DNA of 64,000 bases, from positions 746,001 through 810,000 of the forward strand of contig CM075998.1 in the NCBI GenBank assembly GCA_038087875.1. The letters run 5' to 3'. The DNA is from Malacoraja senta. Its lineage: Eukaryota. The position numbers were made by a program, and so were the translations under genes. This document shows positions 24,721 through 38,610 of this stretch, piece after piece; the stretch's first letter is position 1; each line of letters starts with the position of its first letter. The notes below the pieces were generated by a model. That model did no database searches, was not told the origin of the DNA, and saw only the letters and a program-made list of their open reading frames with translations.

Positions 24721-27247
24721 ATTTAGTACAATTCTCTTCCCTTGTTACCTATGAGATACTGCAATATCTTAACTTGTGGGACACAAGAGACTGCAGATGC
24801 TGAAATCGGGAGCAAAAAATAAACTGCTGGAAGAACTGCTGGGTCAAGCAGAATCTGTGGAGGCAAAGGGATGGTTGACGTTTCAGTTTGAGACCCTACA
24901 TTAGGACTAAGAGTGTAGATGGAAGAAAGCTAGTATATAGAATGAGAGAGAGAGGGGTGAGTCAGAGACTTGTAGTTGATAGGTGGAACCATTAGAGGAT
25001 GGGATGATGGGCAGATGGAACCAGGTAGGGTTGAGAATGAGGAAGGCTAGAGACAGTGGCTGGTTGGTGATAGGAGGCATTGGCTAAGGAGGACAATTCA
25101 GAGGACCATGAACAGAAAACCTCATCTTGAAAACTGCTGTGGTGGAGATGGAGAAACTGAGAAAAAGGGATGGCATTCTTGCAGGAGACAGAGTGGGAGA
25201 AGGAGACATCAAGGTAGCAGTAGGTGTCCGTAGCTTTTTATAGAAAATATTGGTGGACAGTTTGTCTTCTGAGATGGAGACAGAGATCTAGAAAACAAAG
25301 AGAGGCCAACTAACCTACAAACCAGCACGTCTTTATGATGTGGGAGGAAACTGAAGCACCCAGAGGAAACCTGCACGGTGACAGGAAGAACATGCAAACT
25401 CCACACAGACAGCACCCGAAGTCAGGATCGAATCTGGATCTCTGGTGCTATGAGGCAGCAGCTCCACCAGCTGCACCACTGTGCCGCTATACATTGACTT
25501 TCCGCATAAACTGATTCAATTAGTATATTGCCATAGCCTAGCCAATAGCTAATATAAGACCAATGCAACATTGGTATTTCTGTTTAATTCATAACACATG
25601 CAGAAGGCATTAAGGCCTTCTTTCCTAACATTCTTTCCTCTTAACAACTACTTTATTTAACAGCATTTCCAATCAAACAATACAGAATCAAAAAAATATT
25701 AATAACTAGAAAGAGCACCTCTCAGTGCACCCCCAGACCTTTACAAACAATGAAATACATCTGAACTGAAGTCAGTGTGATATAGGAAATGTAGGAGCCA
25801 ATTTGTACACATTAAGATCCCCCAATCGGCAATGCAATAATAACTAGACTATTATTTTTAGTGGTGTTGTTTAAGGGATAGATATGGAGTCATGGAGTTG
25901 TACATAAATAGGCCCTTTAGTCAAGTCAAGTTTATTGTCATATGTATAAATATGATGAGGAGCAGATACAAAGGCAATCTTTCACAGGCACATAGACTCA
26001 GATCACACACAAAAACATAAATTATACATAAATTCTGCAAGACAGTAAAAAAAAAACACTGCAAAAACAAAACAGGATATGAGTGCTAACACATTTATAA
26101 AAACAAGTCCATGGTAGTGCAAGAGGTGGTTTGTAGTGTTCCGTGGCCGAAGTAGGATTATGTGTGTCGGTTCACCTCAAATAGTTGTTCCTGAAACTGG
26201 TGGTGTAGGACTTCAGGATTCTGCATCTCCTAGTAGCAGTAAGAAGAGGGCATGACCTAAGTGGCGGGGTTTGTTGATGATAGATGCCTTCTTCTTGAGG
26301 CAGCATCTCATGTAGATGCTTTCAATGGTGGAGAGAGCTGTGTCCATGATGGACCGGGCTAAGTCCACTGCTCTCTGCAGCCTCGTGCGTTCCTGGACAT
26401 TGGAATTTCCCTACCGGGCCATGATAGAATCAGTCAAGAAACTTCCCACAGTACATCTGTAGAGGCTTATTAGAGTATTCAGTGACATGCCAAATCTCTT
26501 AAACTTCAAAGAAAGTAGAGGCTAAATTACACCGATGTGCTGATCCACGGACTGGAAAAGTCTTCATGCACGGAAGTCTCTCGAACCCCTAGGAACTCAC
26601 TGGTAGATCTCCTTCACACCCTCCCCAAGACCCAACATCCTTTCTGAAGAATTGAACATTAACTTACTTGCTGATAACAAATGTTTTTATGAAGATTTAA
26701 CACACCTTTCCTTTTGCTAAGGGTGCCAAGAGTTATGGGGAGAAGGCAGGAGAATGGGGTTGAGAGGAAAAGATAGATCAGCCATGATTGATTGGCAGAG
26801 TGGACTTGATGGGCCGAATGGCCTAATCCTGCTCCTAGAACTTATGAACCTTTCCTCATCTTGTATTTTAGGTTAATTCCTTGGATGAAGAGATTGCCTT
26901 ATGAAGACCGACTGGAGCTTCGAAGAATGAGAGGTGATCTTTTTGGGAGACTTGGGCATTGACAGGATAGATACTGAGTGGATGTTTCTCCTTGTGGGAA
27001 AATCTAAAATGGGGGTGGGGGGAAGGTCACGATTTCAGAATAAGGGTTTGCATATTTTAAGACAAAGATGAGGAGGAATTTTTCTCTCTCAAATGGTTGT
27101 CAATCTTTGAATTTCTCTATCCCAGAGAGCTGTGGAGGCCTTGTCATTCAAGGCTGAGACATCAGCTCATTAATCTATAGGTGAGTCAAGGGATATGGAA
27201 CAGAGAAGGGAGTTGAGGCTTATATCAGATCAACTACAAGATTATTG

Positions 27248-30200
27248 AGATTATCATGCTGGTGAGGACAGGAACAGGGAGATAGGGGATCTGAATGTCT
27301 GGCTGAGGGGCTGGTGCAGGGAGCAAGGGTTTAGATTTATAGACCACTGGGATCTCTTCTGGGGTAGGGGTGACCTGTACAAAAGGGACGGTTACACCTT
27401 AACTGTAGGGGGACCGACATTCTGGCAGGCAGGTTTGCTAGGGCTACACGTGTGGGTTTAAACTAAATAGTGGGGGGGAGGGATTGACAAATTGGGAGTA
27501 TAAAGATGGAGTTGAAGGGGAAGTGAGTATAGGAAAAATTACAAAAGATTCTCGAATTAATGGGAAGGAAAACTCGAGAAGGGATAAAAGGGCCAATTGC
27601 GAGCGGTGCGAGGGGGGACGTGAATACGGAGGTCAAAGTGTTGTATATGAATGCGCGAAGTATAAGAAATAAAGTGGACGAGCTTGAGGCTCAGTTAGAA
27701 ATTGGCAAGTATGATGTTGTGGGAATTACTGAGACATGGCTGCAAGAGGGCCAGGGCTGGGAACTGAATATTCAAGGTTATACCTCCTATCGAAAAGACA
27801 GACAGGTGGGCAGAGGGGGTGGGGTAGCTCAGTTGGTGAGGAATGAAATTCAGTCCCTTGCAAGGGGTGACATTGAAACAGGAGATGTGGAGTCAGTATG
27901 GATAGAACTAAGGAATTGTAAGGGTTAAAAGACCCTAACGGGAGTTATCTACAGGCCCCCAAACAGTAGCCTGGACATAGGGCGCAAGTTGAATCAGGAG
28001 TTAAAATTGGCATGTAGCAAAGGTAATGCTGTGGTTGTTATGGGAGATTTCAACATGCAGGTAGACTGGGAAAATCAGGTTGGTACTGGACCCCAAGAAA
28101 GGGACTTTGTAGAGTGCCTTCGTGATGGATTCTTAGAACAGCTTGTATTGGAGCCTACCATGGAGAAGGCAATTCTGGATTTAGTGTTATGTAATGAACC
28201 GGATTTGATAAAGACACTTGAGGTTAATGAGCCATTAGGAGGTAGTGACCATAATATGGTCAGGTTTAATCTACAATTAGAGAGGGAGAAGGGTAGATCG
28301 GAGGTGTCAGTTTTGCAGTTGAATAAAGGGGACTATGGGGCCATGAGGGAGGAGCTGGCCAAAGTTGACTGGAAAGATACCCTAGCAGGGATGACAGTGG
28401 AACAACAATGGCAGGTATTTCTAGGAATAATACAGAAGGTGCAGGATCAGTTTATTCCTAGGAGGAAGAAAGATTCCAAGGGGAGTAAGGGGTGACCGTG
28501 GCTGACAAGGGATGTCAGGGAGAGTATAAAAATAAAAGAGGAGAAGTACAACGTAGCAAAGATGAGCGCGAAGCAAGAGGATTGGGTAATGTTTAAAGAG
28601 CAACAGAAGATAACTAAAAAGATAATACTGGGATAAAAGATGAGGTACGAAGGTAAGCTAGCCAAGAATATAAAGGAGGATAGTAAAAGCTTCTTTAGGT
28701 ATGTGAAGAGGAAAAAAATAGTTAAGACCGAAAAAGGTGGATTTATTATGGGGAACAAGGAAATGGCAGATGAGTTGAACAGGTACTTTGGATCTGTCTT
28801 CACTAAGGAGGACACAAACAATCTTCCTGAGATAGTATTGGCCAGAGGATCTGGGGTGACGGAGGAACTGAAGCAAATCCACATTAGGCAGGAAATGGTG
28901 TTGGGTAGACTGATGGGACTGAAGGCTGATAAATCCCCAGGGCCTGATGGTCTGCATCCCAGGATACTTAAGGAAGTGGCTTGAGAAATTGTGGATGCAT
29001 TGGTGATAATTTTCCAATGTTCTATAGACTCAGGATCAGTTCCTGTGGATTGGAGGGTAGCTAATGTTATCCCACTTTTTAAGAAAGGCAGGAGAGAGAA
29101 AACAGGGAATTATAGACCAGTTAGCCTGACATCGGTGGTGGGGAAGATGCTGGAGTCAATTATAAAAGATGAAATAGCCGCACATTTGGATAGCAGTAAC
29201 AGGATCGGTCCGAGTCAGCATGGATTTATGAAGAGGAAATCATGCTTGACTAATCTTCTGGAATTTTTTGAGGATGTAACTAGGAAAATGGACAAGGGAG
29301 AGCCAGTGGATGTAGTGTACCTGGACTTTCAGAAAGCATTTGATAAGGTCCCACATAGGAGATTAGTGGGCAAAATTAGGGCACATGGTATTGGGGGTAG
29401 AGTGCTGACATGGATAGAAAATTGGTTGGCAGACAGGAAACAAAGAGTATGGATTAACGGGTCCCTTTCAGAATGGCAGGCAGTGACTAGTGGGGTACCG
29501 CAAGGCTCGGTGCTGGGACCACAGCTATTTACAATATACATCAATGATTTGGATGAAGGGATTCAAAGTAACATTAGCAAATTTGCAGATGACACAAAGC
29601 TGGGTGGCAGTGTGAACTGTGAGGAAGATGCTATGAGAATGCAGGGTGACTTGGACAGGTTGGGGGAGTGGGCAGATGCATGGCAGATGAAGTTTAATGT
29701 GGATAAATGTGAGGTTATCCACTTTGGTATAAAAAACAGGAAGGCAGATTACTATCTAAATGGCGTCAAGTTGGGAAAAGGGGAAGTACAACGTGATCTG
29801 GGGGTCCTTGTTCATCAGTCTATGAAAGTAAGCATGCAGGTACAGCAGGCAGTGAAGAAAGCGAATGGCATGTTGCCTTTATAACAAGAGGAGTCGAGTA
29901 TAGGAGCAAAGAGGTCCTTCTGCAGTTGTACAGGGCCCTAGTGAGACCACACCTGGAGTATTGTGTGCAGTTTTGGTTCCCTAATTTGAGGAAGGACATT
30001 CTTGCTATTTTGGGTATGCAACGTAGGTTTACAAGGTTAATTCCCGGGATGGCAGGACTGTCATATGCTGAGAGAATGGAGCGGCTGGGCTTGTACACTC
30101 TGGAGTTTAGAAGGATGAGAGGGGATCTTATTGAAACATATAAGACTGTTAAGGGTTTGGACACGCTAGAGGCAGGAAACATGTTCCCGATGTTGGGGGA

Positions 30201-30508
30201 GTCCAGAATCAGGGGCCACAGTTTAAGAATAAGGGGTAAGCCATTTAGAATGGAGACGAGGAAACACTTTTTCTCACAGAGAGTTGTGAGTCTGTGGAAT
30301 TCTCTGACTCAGAGGGCGGTGGAAGTCGTTTCTCTGGATACTTTCAAGAGAGAGCTAGATAGGGCTCTTAAAGATAGCGGAGTCAGGGGATATGGGGAGA
30401 AGGCAGGAACGGGGTACTTTTGGGGATGATCAGCCATGATCACATTGAATGGCGGTGCAGAATGCCGAATGGCCTACTCCTGCACCTATTGTCTATTGTC
30501 TATTGTCT
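27248..30508 (+). mobile_element. Young 5'-truncated CR1-clade LINE (ORF1 esterase end, APE endonuclease, RT), disrupted
   Basis: WLRGWCREQGFRFIDHW; YMNARSIRNK, GITETW, MGDFN, GGSDHN; YRPVSLTS, YLDFQKAFDKV, PQGSVLGP, KFADDTKL; (TATTGTC)n tail. Stops at 27926, 28493 and 28982 and a frameshift near 29880. Confidence 0.93.
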
Positions 30509-32839
30509 ATTATTGTATGGTGGAGCGGGTTCAAAGAGCCGTCTGCTCCCATTCCTGCTTCTTATGTTCTGTGCCTCAATTAGATAAAGCCTTTTGATTT
30601 TAAAACAGCCGTCGCAATTTGTTCAGCCAGCTGGCATGAACTAGAATTCCCCCCAGCCGCGGTTTGCCTTTCATTCAAGACAACGGAGTTTATCCGTCAC
30701 CTGTAACTCAGAAAACAATGGAATGGAGACCTGGGCTGTGGCATGTCCATGAAGTAAAGGTCTGAAAGGTGACATGTTGGAGGAAGGAGGCAGGGAGGGA
30801 CTAGTGAAGGCTGGTGAAACCCATTGTCTCACTGCTAGCATGAAACTGATTCAGGATTGACAACGATGTCAAACCTCGACAACCAGATACAATCTCCAGT
30901 GCTAGTATAAAGCTGGTGCCAAAATGAGCATTTCTGAATTGGCCCTTTAATTATTCCTTATTCTGTGTATAATGCAAAATAAAACAAACAAAAATCACCT
31001 GCAACTGCAGCACAATTACAGTAATTAGTTCTAAAATGTTATTTGTTGCTTCTGTACATTTATTTTAAGCTCTGTAAAAGAAATGCTGATCAGTGCACCA
31101 GAGTCTAGACACTGCACCTCTGCTGTGCATAATCAGTTTAATTACAACATGTGTTGTACAGCTGTCTCCAAGAACGTGGGTGGAAATGTATTGTGCGTCC
31201 CTCCTTTTTAAAGCGTCCAAGTCGAGATTAATGTTGAAAATGCCCAAACACCAATTCATTAGGAAGGAGAAGGAATAGCCGCTTCAGCAGCGATCATAAC
31301 CAGATGGTGGAGAATTTTAAATGCGTACTCAATCTCTCATGGTTTAGATGGAGGATACACTGCCCAGTCTTAAGGTGAACCACTTGCGACCATTGTCCAC
31401 ATGCCCACTGAACTCACATTGCTCCCAGTTCTGGTAAAGGCTCAAATTTTGGACATTTTTGGTTCATTAATGTCATGTGTACTGAGATATTTCCTTGTTT
31501 ATGTAAGGAGACCCAAACTACACATTGCTCCAGGTGCGGTCTCATCAAGACCCTTTACTCCTGTTTGACTTCTTCAATCCTATATGATAATCCTCTTGCA
31601 AAAAGACACCATCATATCAGACTCCGTCCCAACACAAAATGTTGCCTGTCCAGTCTGAAGAAAGGTCCCAACATGAAATGTCGCCTGTCCATTCCCTCCA
31701 GATTTGCTGCCCGACCTGCGGAGTTACTCCAGCACTTTATATTCCACCTCCCATGTTGTTGCCCACTCAATCTGCTTGTCTACATTTGCTCGAAGCATCT
31801 TTACAACGACCTTCTAGAGAACATGGATAGGTGATGATTTGGTTCGGGGCCCTTCTTTAGACTCTGATGTGTTGGTTTCTTTTTGCACGAGAATTTGAAT
31901 ATAGGAGTAAAGAGATCACACAGGTGTAAAGGGCCTTGATGTGACCTTACTCGGTGTTAATGGAGTCCTCTAGAGATGCTGCCTGACCCGCTGAATTACT
32001 CCAGCACATTGTGTTCCACACAAGATACCATCATCTGCAATTTTGTGTGTCTCCAGTGCTTTATCTGAGTCAGTTTGGGTAAGGAAATATCGAATTCCTC
32101 AGACTTTGGAGATTTGGTGAGATTTGGATTGACCGTGGTCAGTTCATGTTTCAGGATGCCAGAATTGGAGGAGCATAGGCTTGTTGAATTGGAGATGTTT
32201 ACAGTGATAAGGAAAGGCATGGTGTGGAAGAATTTGAAAATACGGACGAGAATCTCACATCCACAATAACTGACTGAATTGATAGGCAGCCCTCCAGCAT
32301 AAATGCTTTTGCAGCTCCTGCTGGAATCTGTAGAACTGCCTTCACACCAAGCAAATGTGTCTTAACACATGGATTGTTACTTCCCATGTGATGGTGCAGC
32401 ACAGTGGAAATCACTGGCAGGCTTGAAGTTCCCCCTGTGTCTTTTATATTTTATTTTTGCCTCTCCTTAATCGCCATAAAAATGTATTTGCAATTTCTTC
32501 TTGCGCTGTTGAGAACACAAAGTAATGCAATCTAATGCTAAGTCATGTGCAGGAGGCATCTGCTAAACACCACTGCTGCGAACATAATTAACCTTTTCTC
32601 CCCGGGCCAAACAATAGTCCCAATCATCCATGAGGGATGAGGCAGGGAGGAGAGAGCTTGTTGCATACAGATCTCCCTCCGCTCGTAATTCAGTCCACCT
32701 TCAGGCGAGATGGTTAAAAACTGCTTTTCCCTCAATTTCTGAGGATAAGCAGGATAGTTATCATTGAAAGGGGCAAGTCTTCATCTGCACACATTTGACA
32801 CGGAAGGGTTTCCATTTCAGTGAATGGTGCCTGGCATCA

Positions 32840-33430
32840 GTGTGTTAATTTTTACAAGGGACACGAGCGAGTTCATAGGGGTACTCCACGAGTGTAGCTG
32901 TGTTTCCAGGGGGGCCACTGGTGATTTTGCTGGTATTTACAGGAGAGTCCCCAGAAGTGTGTCAGTATTTTGCTGGCTTCACGAGGAGTTTGTTGGCATT
33001 AATAGGGAGTTACCTAGGATTGCAAGGATCCCCAGGAAGTATGTCAGTACTTACAGAGGGGCAATCAGGAGCGTGTGAGCAATTACAGAGGTCCCCAGGA
33101 ATGTGTCATTATTTACAGGGGACTTCCAAGTGCATATTAATATTTACAGGGAATCCCCTGGAATGTGTCAGTATTTACAGGTGGTCCCAGGGGAGTGTAT
33201 CTGGATTTCTAGTGGGTCCCTGGGAATGTCTGAATTTGCAGGGGGGTCCCTAGCAGTGAGTCAGTATTGACAGGAGGTCGCTGGGGAATGTGTCATTTCT
33301 TATAGGAAATCTTCAGGGAGTGTGTCAGTATTTGCAGGGGGTCTCCAGAATGTGTCAGTACTTACAGTGGGTCCCCAGGACTGTGTCAGGATTGGGAATT
33401 TCTCAGTGTTTACATAAAGTCACCAGGAAT
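32840..33430 (+). repeat. Degenerate minisatellite, about 30-32-bp unit, about 19 copies
   Basis: Consensus approximately TGTGTCAGTATTTACAGGGGGTCCCCAGGAA. Confidence 0.8.
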
Positions 33431-36400
33431 ATTAATAGAATCGTAGAGTCGTGCAGCACAGAAACAGGCCCATCAGCCCAACACTTCCATTTTGCCCTTT
33501 TTGCCCATCTACACAAAACCTATTTGCCTGATTAGGTCCGTATCCTTCTTTGCCTTGCAATGTAAGTGTCTGTTACAATGCTTTTTAAACATTGTGACTG
33601 TATCTGATTCCACCACCTTCTCTGGCAATGGGTTCTGGATATCAACCGCTCTCTGTGTGAGCAAACATAGCCCTCAGTTTCTCTTTAAGACTCCTATCTC
33701 CCAACTTAATACCTGAATATTTTTTGGAGGTGCTCCCGGAATTATGGGTATTACTATTCCCAAAATGTTTGAAGCCCTGGGACTCTTTTCCAAAACCTCA
33801 GCACCTCTCTGGTTCTCTCTCCTCCTTTGAGACACCCATCAAAAATGTTCTCTGTGATCATGATTTTGGGCATCTGTTTTGATATTTTCCTCAGCAGGCT
33901 GTCAGAAGCACCGCATTGTGGGAGGGACTGCTACGCTGGACACATAGAAACATCGCTCACTGTTGGAGAGGCTTAACTAAAGGAGTGTTGTACTAACAGA
34001 GGGGAAGTGGGATGAGCGGTGATGAGGGAGTGCTCTCTTTCAGATGAGATTACGAAATCTGGCCCTGCCTCCTGTCTTGGTGAAGCGTTAAAGATCAGAG
34101 ACACTCCTCAAAAATAAGGGGCAATTCGAAACAGCAAACACTGGAAACACTCAGCAGGTGGGGAGTGAGAAAAGAAGAGTTAACGTTTCAGGTCAAAGAA
34201 AGTTCACCACAGTAAGGAAACTTCTCTGGTATCCGAGGCCAATATTATCCCCTCAACGGATGTCACTAAAACATTGGCAAGAGAGTGCCGCACCATTGGA
34301 GGTGCAGAGCAAAAGGAATGCTGGCCATTCCACATTGCTGATCTGGGGCATTCTGTGTGCAAATTGGCTGAAGCACCTCAAAATTAGCTAATCGGTGTAG
34401 CAGATTGGAACATCCAATGATGTGAATGGTGATAGAGAAATGCAAGTCTTCCTTTCTATTCTTTCCTCAGTCCTAGGCCATGTTTTTGTTATGCTATACC
34501 CAGGAATCTGGACAAAACATTCTTTCAAGGAACACAGAGAGAAAAAAATACCTTGTGTTAAAATGTGACTATGGAAAACTAACAGCCTGCATTGTCTACA
34601 GATTCACCAGGGATAATGTGATTAATGTCTGGTTGAATTCAGTTGTCACTGGAGAATGATCTATTGATAATAACAAGGGCAACTCCACAGAACATATAAA
34701 GATTAAAAGCATGGTCAAATGTGAAGGATCTATCATGCAGAACTGACCTTCTCTCCTGAACAGCACAGTGGGAACACAGAATGCAGTTGATCAGGAAGTG
34801 AGCTCAACACCATCTTTTCTGCAGCGATTTGGGATGGGAAATCAATGTTGGCCTTGCCAGCAGCCTCCGAAACGTTGTCACAGTGGCACAGCTGTAGAGC
34901 TGTACCCCAAAGACGTTTTTAGTTTAGTTTGGGGATACAGCATGCAAACAGACCCTTCAACCCACTGAATCCACACCAACCATTGATCACCTGTTCACAC
35001 TAGTTCTATGTTATGCCATTTTCTCTTCCACTCCCGACACATGAGGGGCAATTTTACAAAGGACAAAAAACCCACAAACCCGGAATCTTTGGGATGTGGA
35101 AGGAAACCTGAGCACCTGGAGGAAACCCATACGGTCACGGAGAGAACATGCAAACTGTACGCAGACATCACCTGAGTCAGGATCGAACCCTGGTCTCTGG
35201 CGCTGTGAGGCAGCAGCTCTACCAGTTACCAGCCCTTGTGTGGTTTATAGGCTAATTGACATCTGTAAATAGCCCCTAATGTGGAGGGAGTTGAAGGTCG
35301 GCATGAACTCGGTAGGCTGACGTGCCGGTTTCCATGCTGTATCTCTAAACTAAACTGAACTAAAACCCATGGAAGAATGAAAATAAACTGGAAGCAGCAC
35401 CATCAGTGAACAAATTCACTGCCCAGAAAAAAAAGAGTTAACATTTCAGGTCAATGATCTTTCATTGGAACACAATCTGAAACATTAACACCGTTTCTTT
35501 CTCCAAAGATGCTACCTAACAAGCTGAGATTTCCAGGATCTGCAATGTTTGTGTGAAGCCACTGTCTATAGGGTTAAGGAACGATAATTTAACATGACAA
35601 AGCTGACTGCCAAACTGCAGTGAAAGAATGATGGATAGTCAGTTAAACTTAATGAACTACATCAACCATCAGCTTTTTGCTAATGTGACTCAGATTTATT
35701 GAGCTAAAATCATTCTAAAGAATATTTCCAGTGAAGGGGCTGCACTGGATGAATTCTTTTGCAGCATTAAGAAATGTATTTGAATATAGATCATTTTAAA
35801 AGCCTGGCAAGTCACGGTGTGAAGTTGCTTTACTGGAACTTCCACTGTTGTGGGCATTTTGAACTATCCCAAGAAGGGGCTGCACCACTTACTAGTTTAG
35901 AATTACATTTTCGTGAGGCCTCATAAAATCAGCAAACAGAATATTTTGGCAGCAGCCTTCGGCAAGCTGCAACTGACAGGTAGCAAGACCACCGGTAATG
36001 TGCTGGAACTGACAGGTGGTGTATTTTCAGTGCTTTGAAGTTGCTGCTTTCAGGAATACTCTAATGATGGTACCAGCTTGAAATTCGGGTCATTTAAATT
36101 CCCAGTCCTCATTAGAATCTTCCAGGATGGAATCACGCCTGATCCTGGAGATAGTTGTTAGGGAGGAGGTGGTTAAGAAAGGAGGTGAGTATAATGAATG
36201 CCAGCGGTAGAGGTTTGATTAAAATGTTACCCACTTAGCATTGACTGTGGTTTACAACAGCACCTTGCATTTTCCTTTTTCATGTCCCAAGGTGCTTCAT
36301 TAGCAAACACAAATTCACAGCAGGCTTCTCACAGAAAATTTAGGACAGTTGGACGAAGTTTATACCACGGGACACCTTGAAAACGGGAAAGAGTGGTGAG

Positions 36401-37409
36401 GCGAAGTAATTTACCGATGGAATTCTAGAGACATGGCCACCAGTGATGGAGAGATTCAATTCAGGAGATGCTGAGAGCCCAAAAAGGAGCAGTGCAGAGA
36501 TTACAGAGGATTCTGGGGCTGGAAGAAATTCCAGAGGAGGAGAGAGATATTCCAGATATTCTGGAGTGTTCAGTTGCCAGGATAGGATTATAGTTATATG
36601 AGTTGGTTTGAGAACCCAATATTTGTATGAAAGTACCTGTTCCTGAACCCGGTGGTGTGCAACTTCAGACCTCCGTACCTCCTGCCTGACAGTAATAGAG
36701 AGAGAGAGTATTGCCTAGATAGTGGAGATACTTGATGATGGATGTTGCCTTCTTGTAGATGCTTTCAATGATGGGGTGGCTTGTATCTGTGATTGACTCT
36801 TGCATTCCTGTATGTTGGAATGGTCCCAGGCCATGATGCAACCAGTCAGGATACTTTCTACAGTGTCATAGTTATACTGTAGAGTCATACAGCACGGAAA
36901 CAGCCCCTTCAGCCCAATTCATCATTACCGACCAAGATCCCCTTCTGAACTAGTCCCATATGTCCATGTTTGACCCATATCCTTCTGAACCCTTCCTATT
37001 CAAATACCTGTCCAAATGTCCTTTAAATGGTGTTATGGTATCTTCACCTGTAATGCATCTGTAGAAGTTAGTGACCTGTCGAATCTTCTTCAGCTTCAAA
37101 GAAAGTAGAGGCCTTCTTTGTGATCACATCTAAATGTCTGGCCCAGGACAGGTCATTCGAGATGTTAATGCCCAGGAATTTGAGACTACTGACCCTCTCC
37201 GTCAATGAAATCTGGTGTGTGGTCTCCTGATTTCCCTTATCTTGAGCGAGGTTGTTTCAACACCATTCAACCAGGTGTCGTATCTCTCTCCTGTACGCTG
37301 ACTCACCACCACCTACAATTCGGCCAACAGCAGTGCCAAATTTATAGATGGCATTGGAGCTGTGTTCAGCTACACAGGGGTGTAAAGAGAGACACCAACA
37401 TTGCAAATA

Positions 37410-38300
37410 GAATGGCAAAATGCCTCAAAATAGCAGGTCAGGCCACATCTGTGGGAAGGAAAAAAAAGGCAATATATCAGATCAAAGAACTTTTTTCAGA
37501 ATGGGGATGGAGAGGAAAGAAGCTTGTTAAGCTGCAGAGAATGTGGGGTGAGGGGAGAATCAAACTGCTGGAGGAACTCAGTGGGGAAGGCAGCATCTGT
37601 GGAGGGACAGAAGACGTTTTGGGTTGGGATCTTCTTCGAGAGGGGAAGATAGCTAGTAGAACATAGAGATGAAGGGAAGGAATGGAGCAAGAGCTGGCAA
37701 GTGATAAGTGGACACAAAATGCTGGAGTAACTCAGCAGGTCAGGCAGCATCTCTGAAGAAAACAAATAGGTGACGTTTCGGGTCGGGACCCTTTTTCAGA
37801 CCCTTCATCAAGTGATCAATGGATCTAGGTAAGATTGACAGAGGGGTCAGGTGGGGGAGAGAAGGGTGGACATAATAACCAAGGCTGAGGTGAGAAGACA
37901 AAAGGCTGCTGACGGTGGACTCGGATAAGGAAGGAAGGTGAGGAGTGAACTGTAGAACCAGAGCGAGGAAGGATGCCTCCGACAGGGTAAAGCCAGAGTG
38001 ACTCCTCTTGATTACATCAGGCCTCATTGTAACAGTGCAGGAGGTGACAGAATGACAATGGGAGTGGGATGAGGAATTAAAGTGGCAGGCAATGGGAAGC
38101 TCAGTGTCGCCCGGCCGTGGCCTGAACACAGGTGCTCTGCAAAATGATCACCAGCATGCATGTGGTGCCTGCAGTGCAGAGACCACATGTGAGCACTGAA
38201 TGCAGTGCACTAGATTGGAAGCAGTGCGAGTGAAAGATTGAGTCCCTGAATGGTGGGAAGCGAAGAGGTGGATGTACACGTGTTACAACGCCTAAGGTTA
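37410..38300 (-). mobile_element. Older degenerate PLE fragments (similar pieces at about 22280-22530, 24780-25280, 53208-53332, 56138-56495)
   Basis: The minus-strand ORF keeps ELPIACHFNSSSHSH (compare LPVAQHFNSPSHS in the young copy); several terminus copies. Confidence 0.65.
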
Positions 38301-38610
38301 CAAGTTTTCATAAGGTTGCAAATACTGGTTCAACCGTACCCAGTTACCAGAGAGAGCCAGCTTATGAAAGGTCATCGACCTGAAATGTTAATACAGTTTC
38401 TCTCCAGATATGGTGCTTGACCTCCTGAGTGTTTCTAACATTTTCTTTTTCTAATTATTGTTTAAGATGCTGGTGAAGAATAATCTATGCTGGCATAACT
38501 ATTCAGTGCAACTGTTAGTTCTCAGGGCAATCATGTAACCTGCTTTATAGATGTAGTCATCCACAGCTGTTGTTTTCAAAGGATGTTTTCAAATCTCAAG
38601 AAAAGATGTT

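Noticed and set aside
27248..30508. Active CR1 element
   Set aside because: 5'-truncated, with several in-frame stops and a frameshift in ORF2.
32840..33430. CRISPR-like array
   Set aside because: Eukaryotic context; the units are contiguous degenerate tandem copies with no unique spacers and no cas genes.
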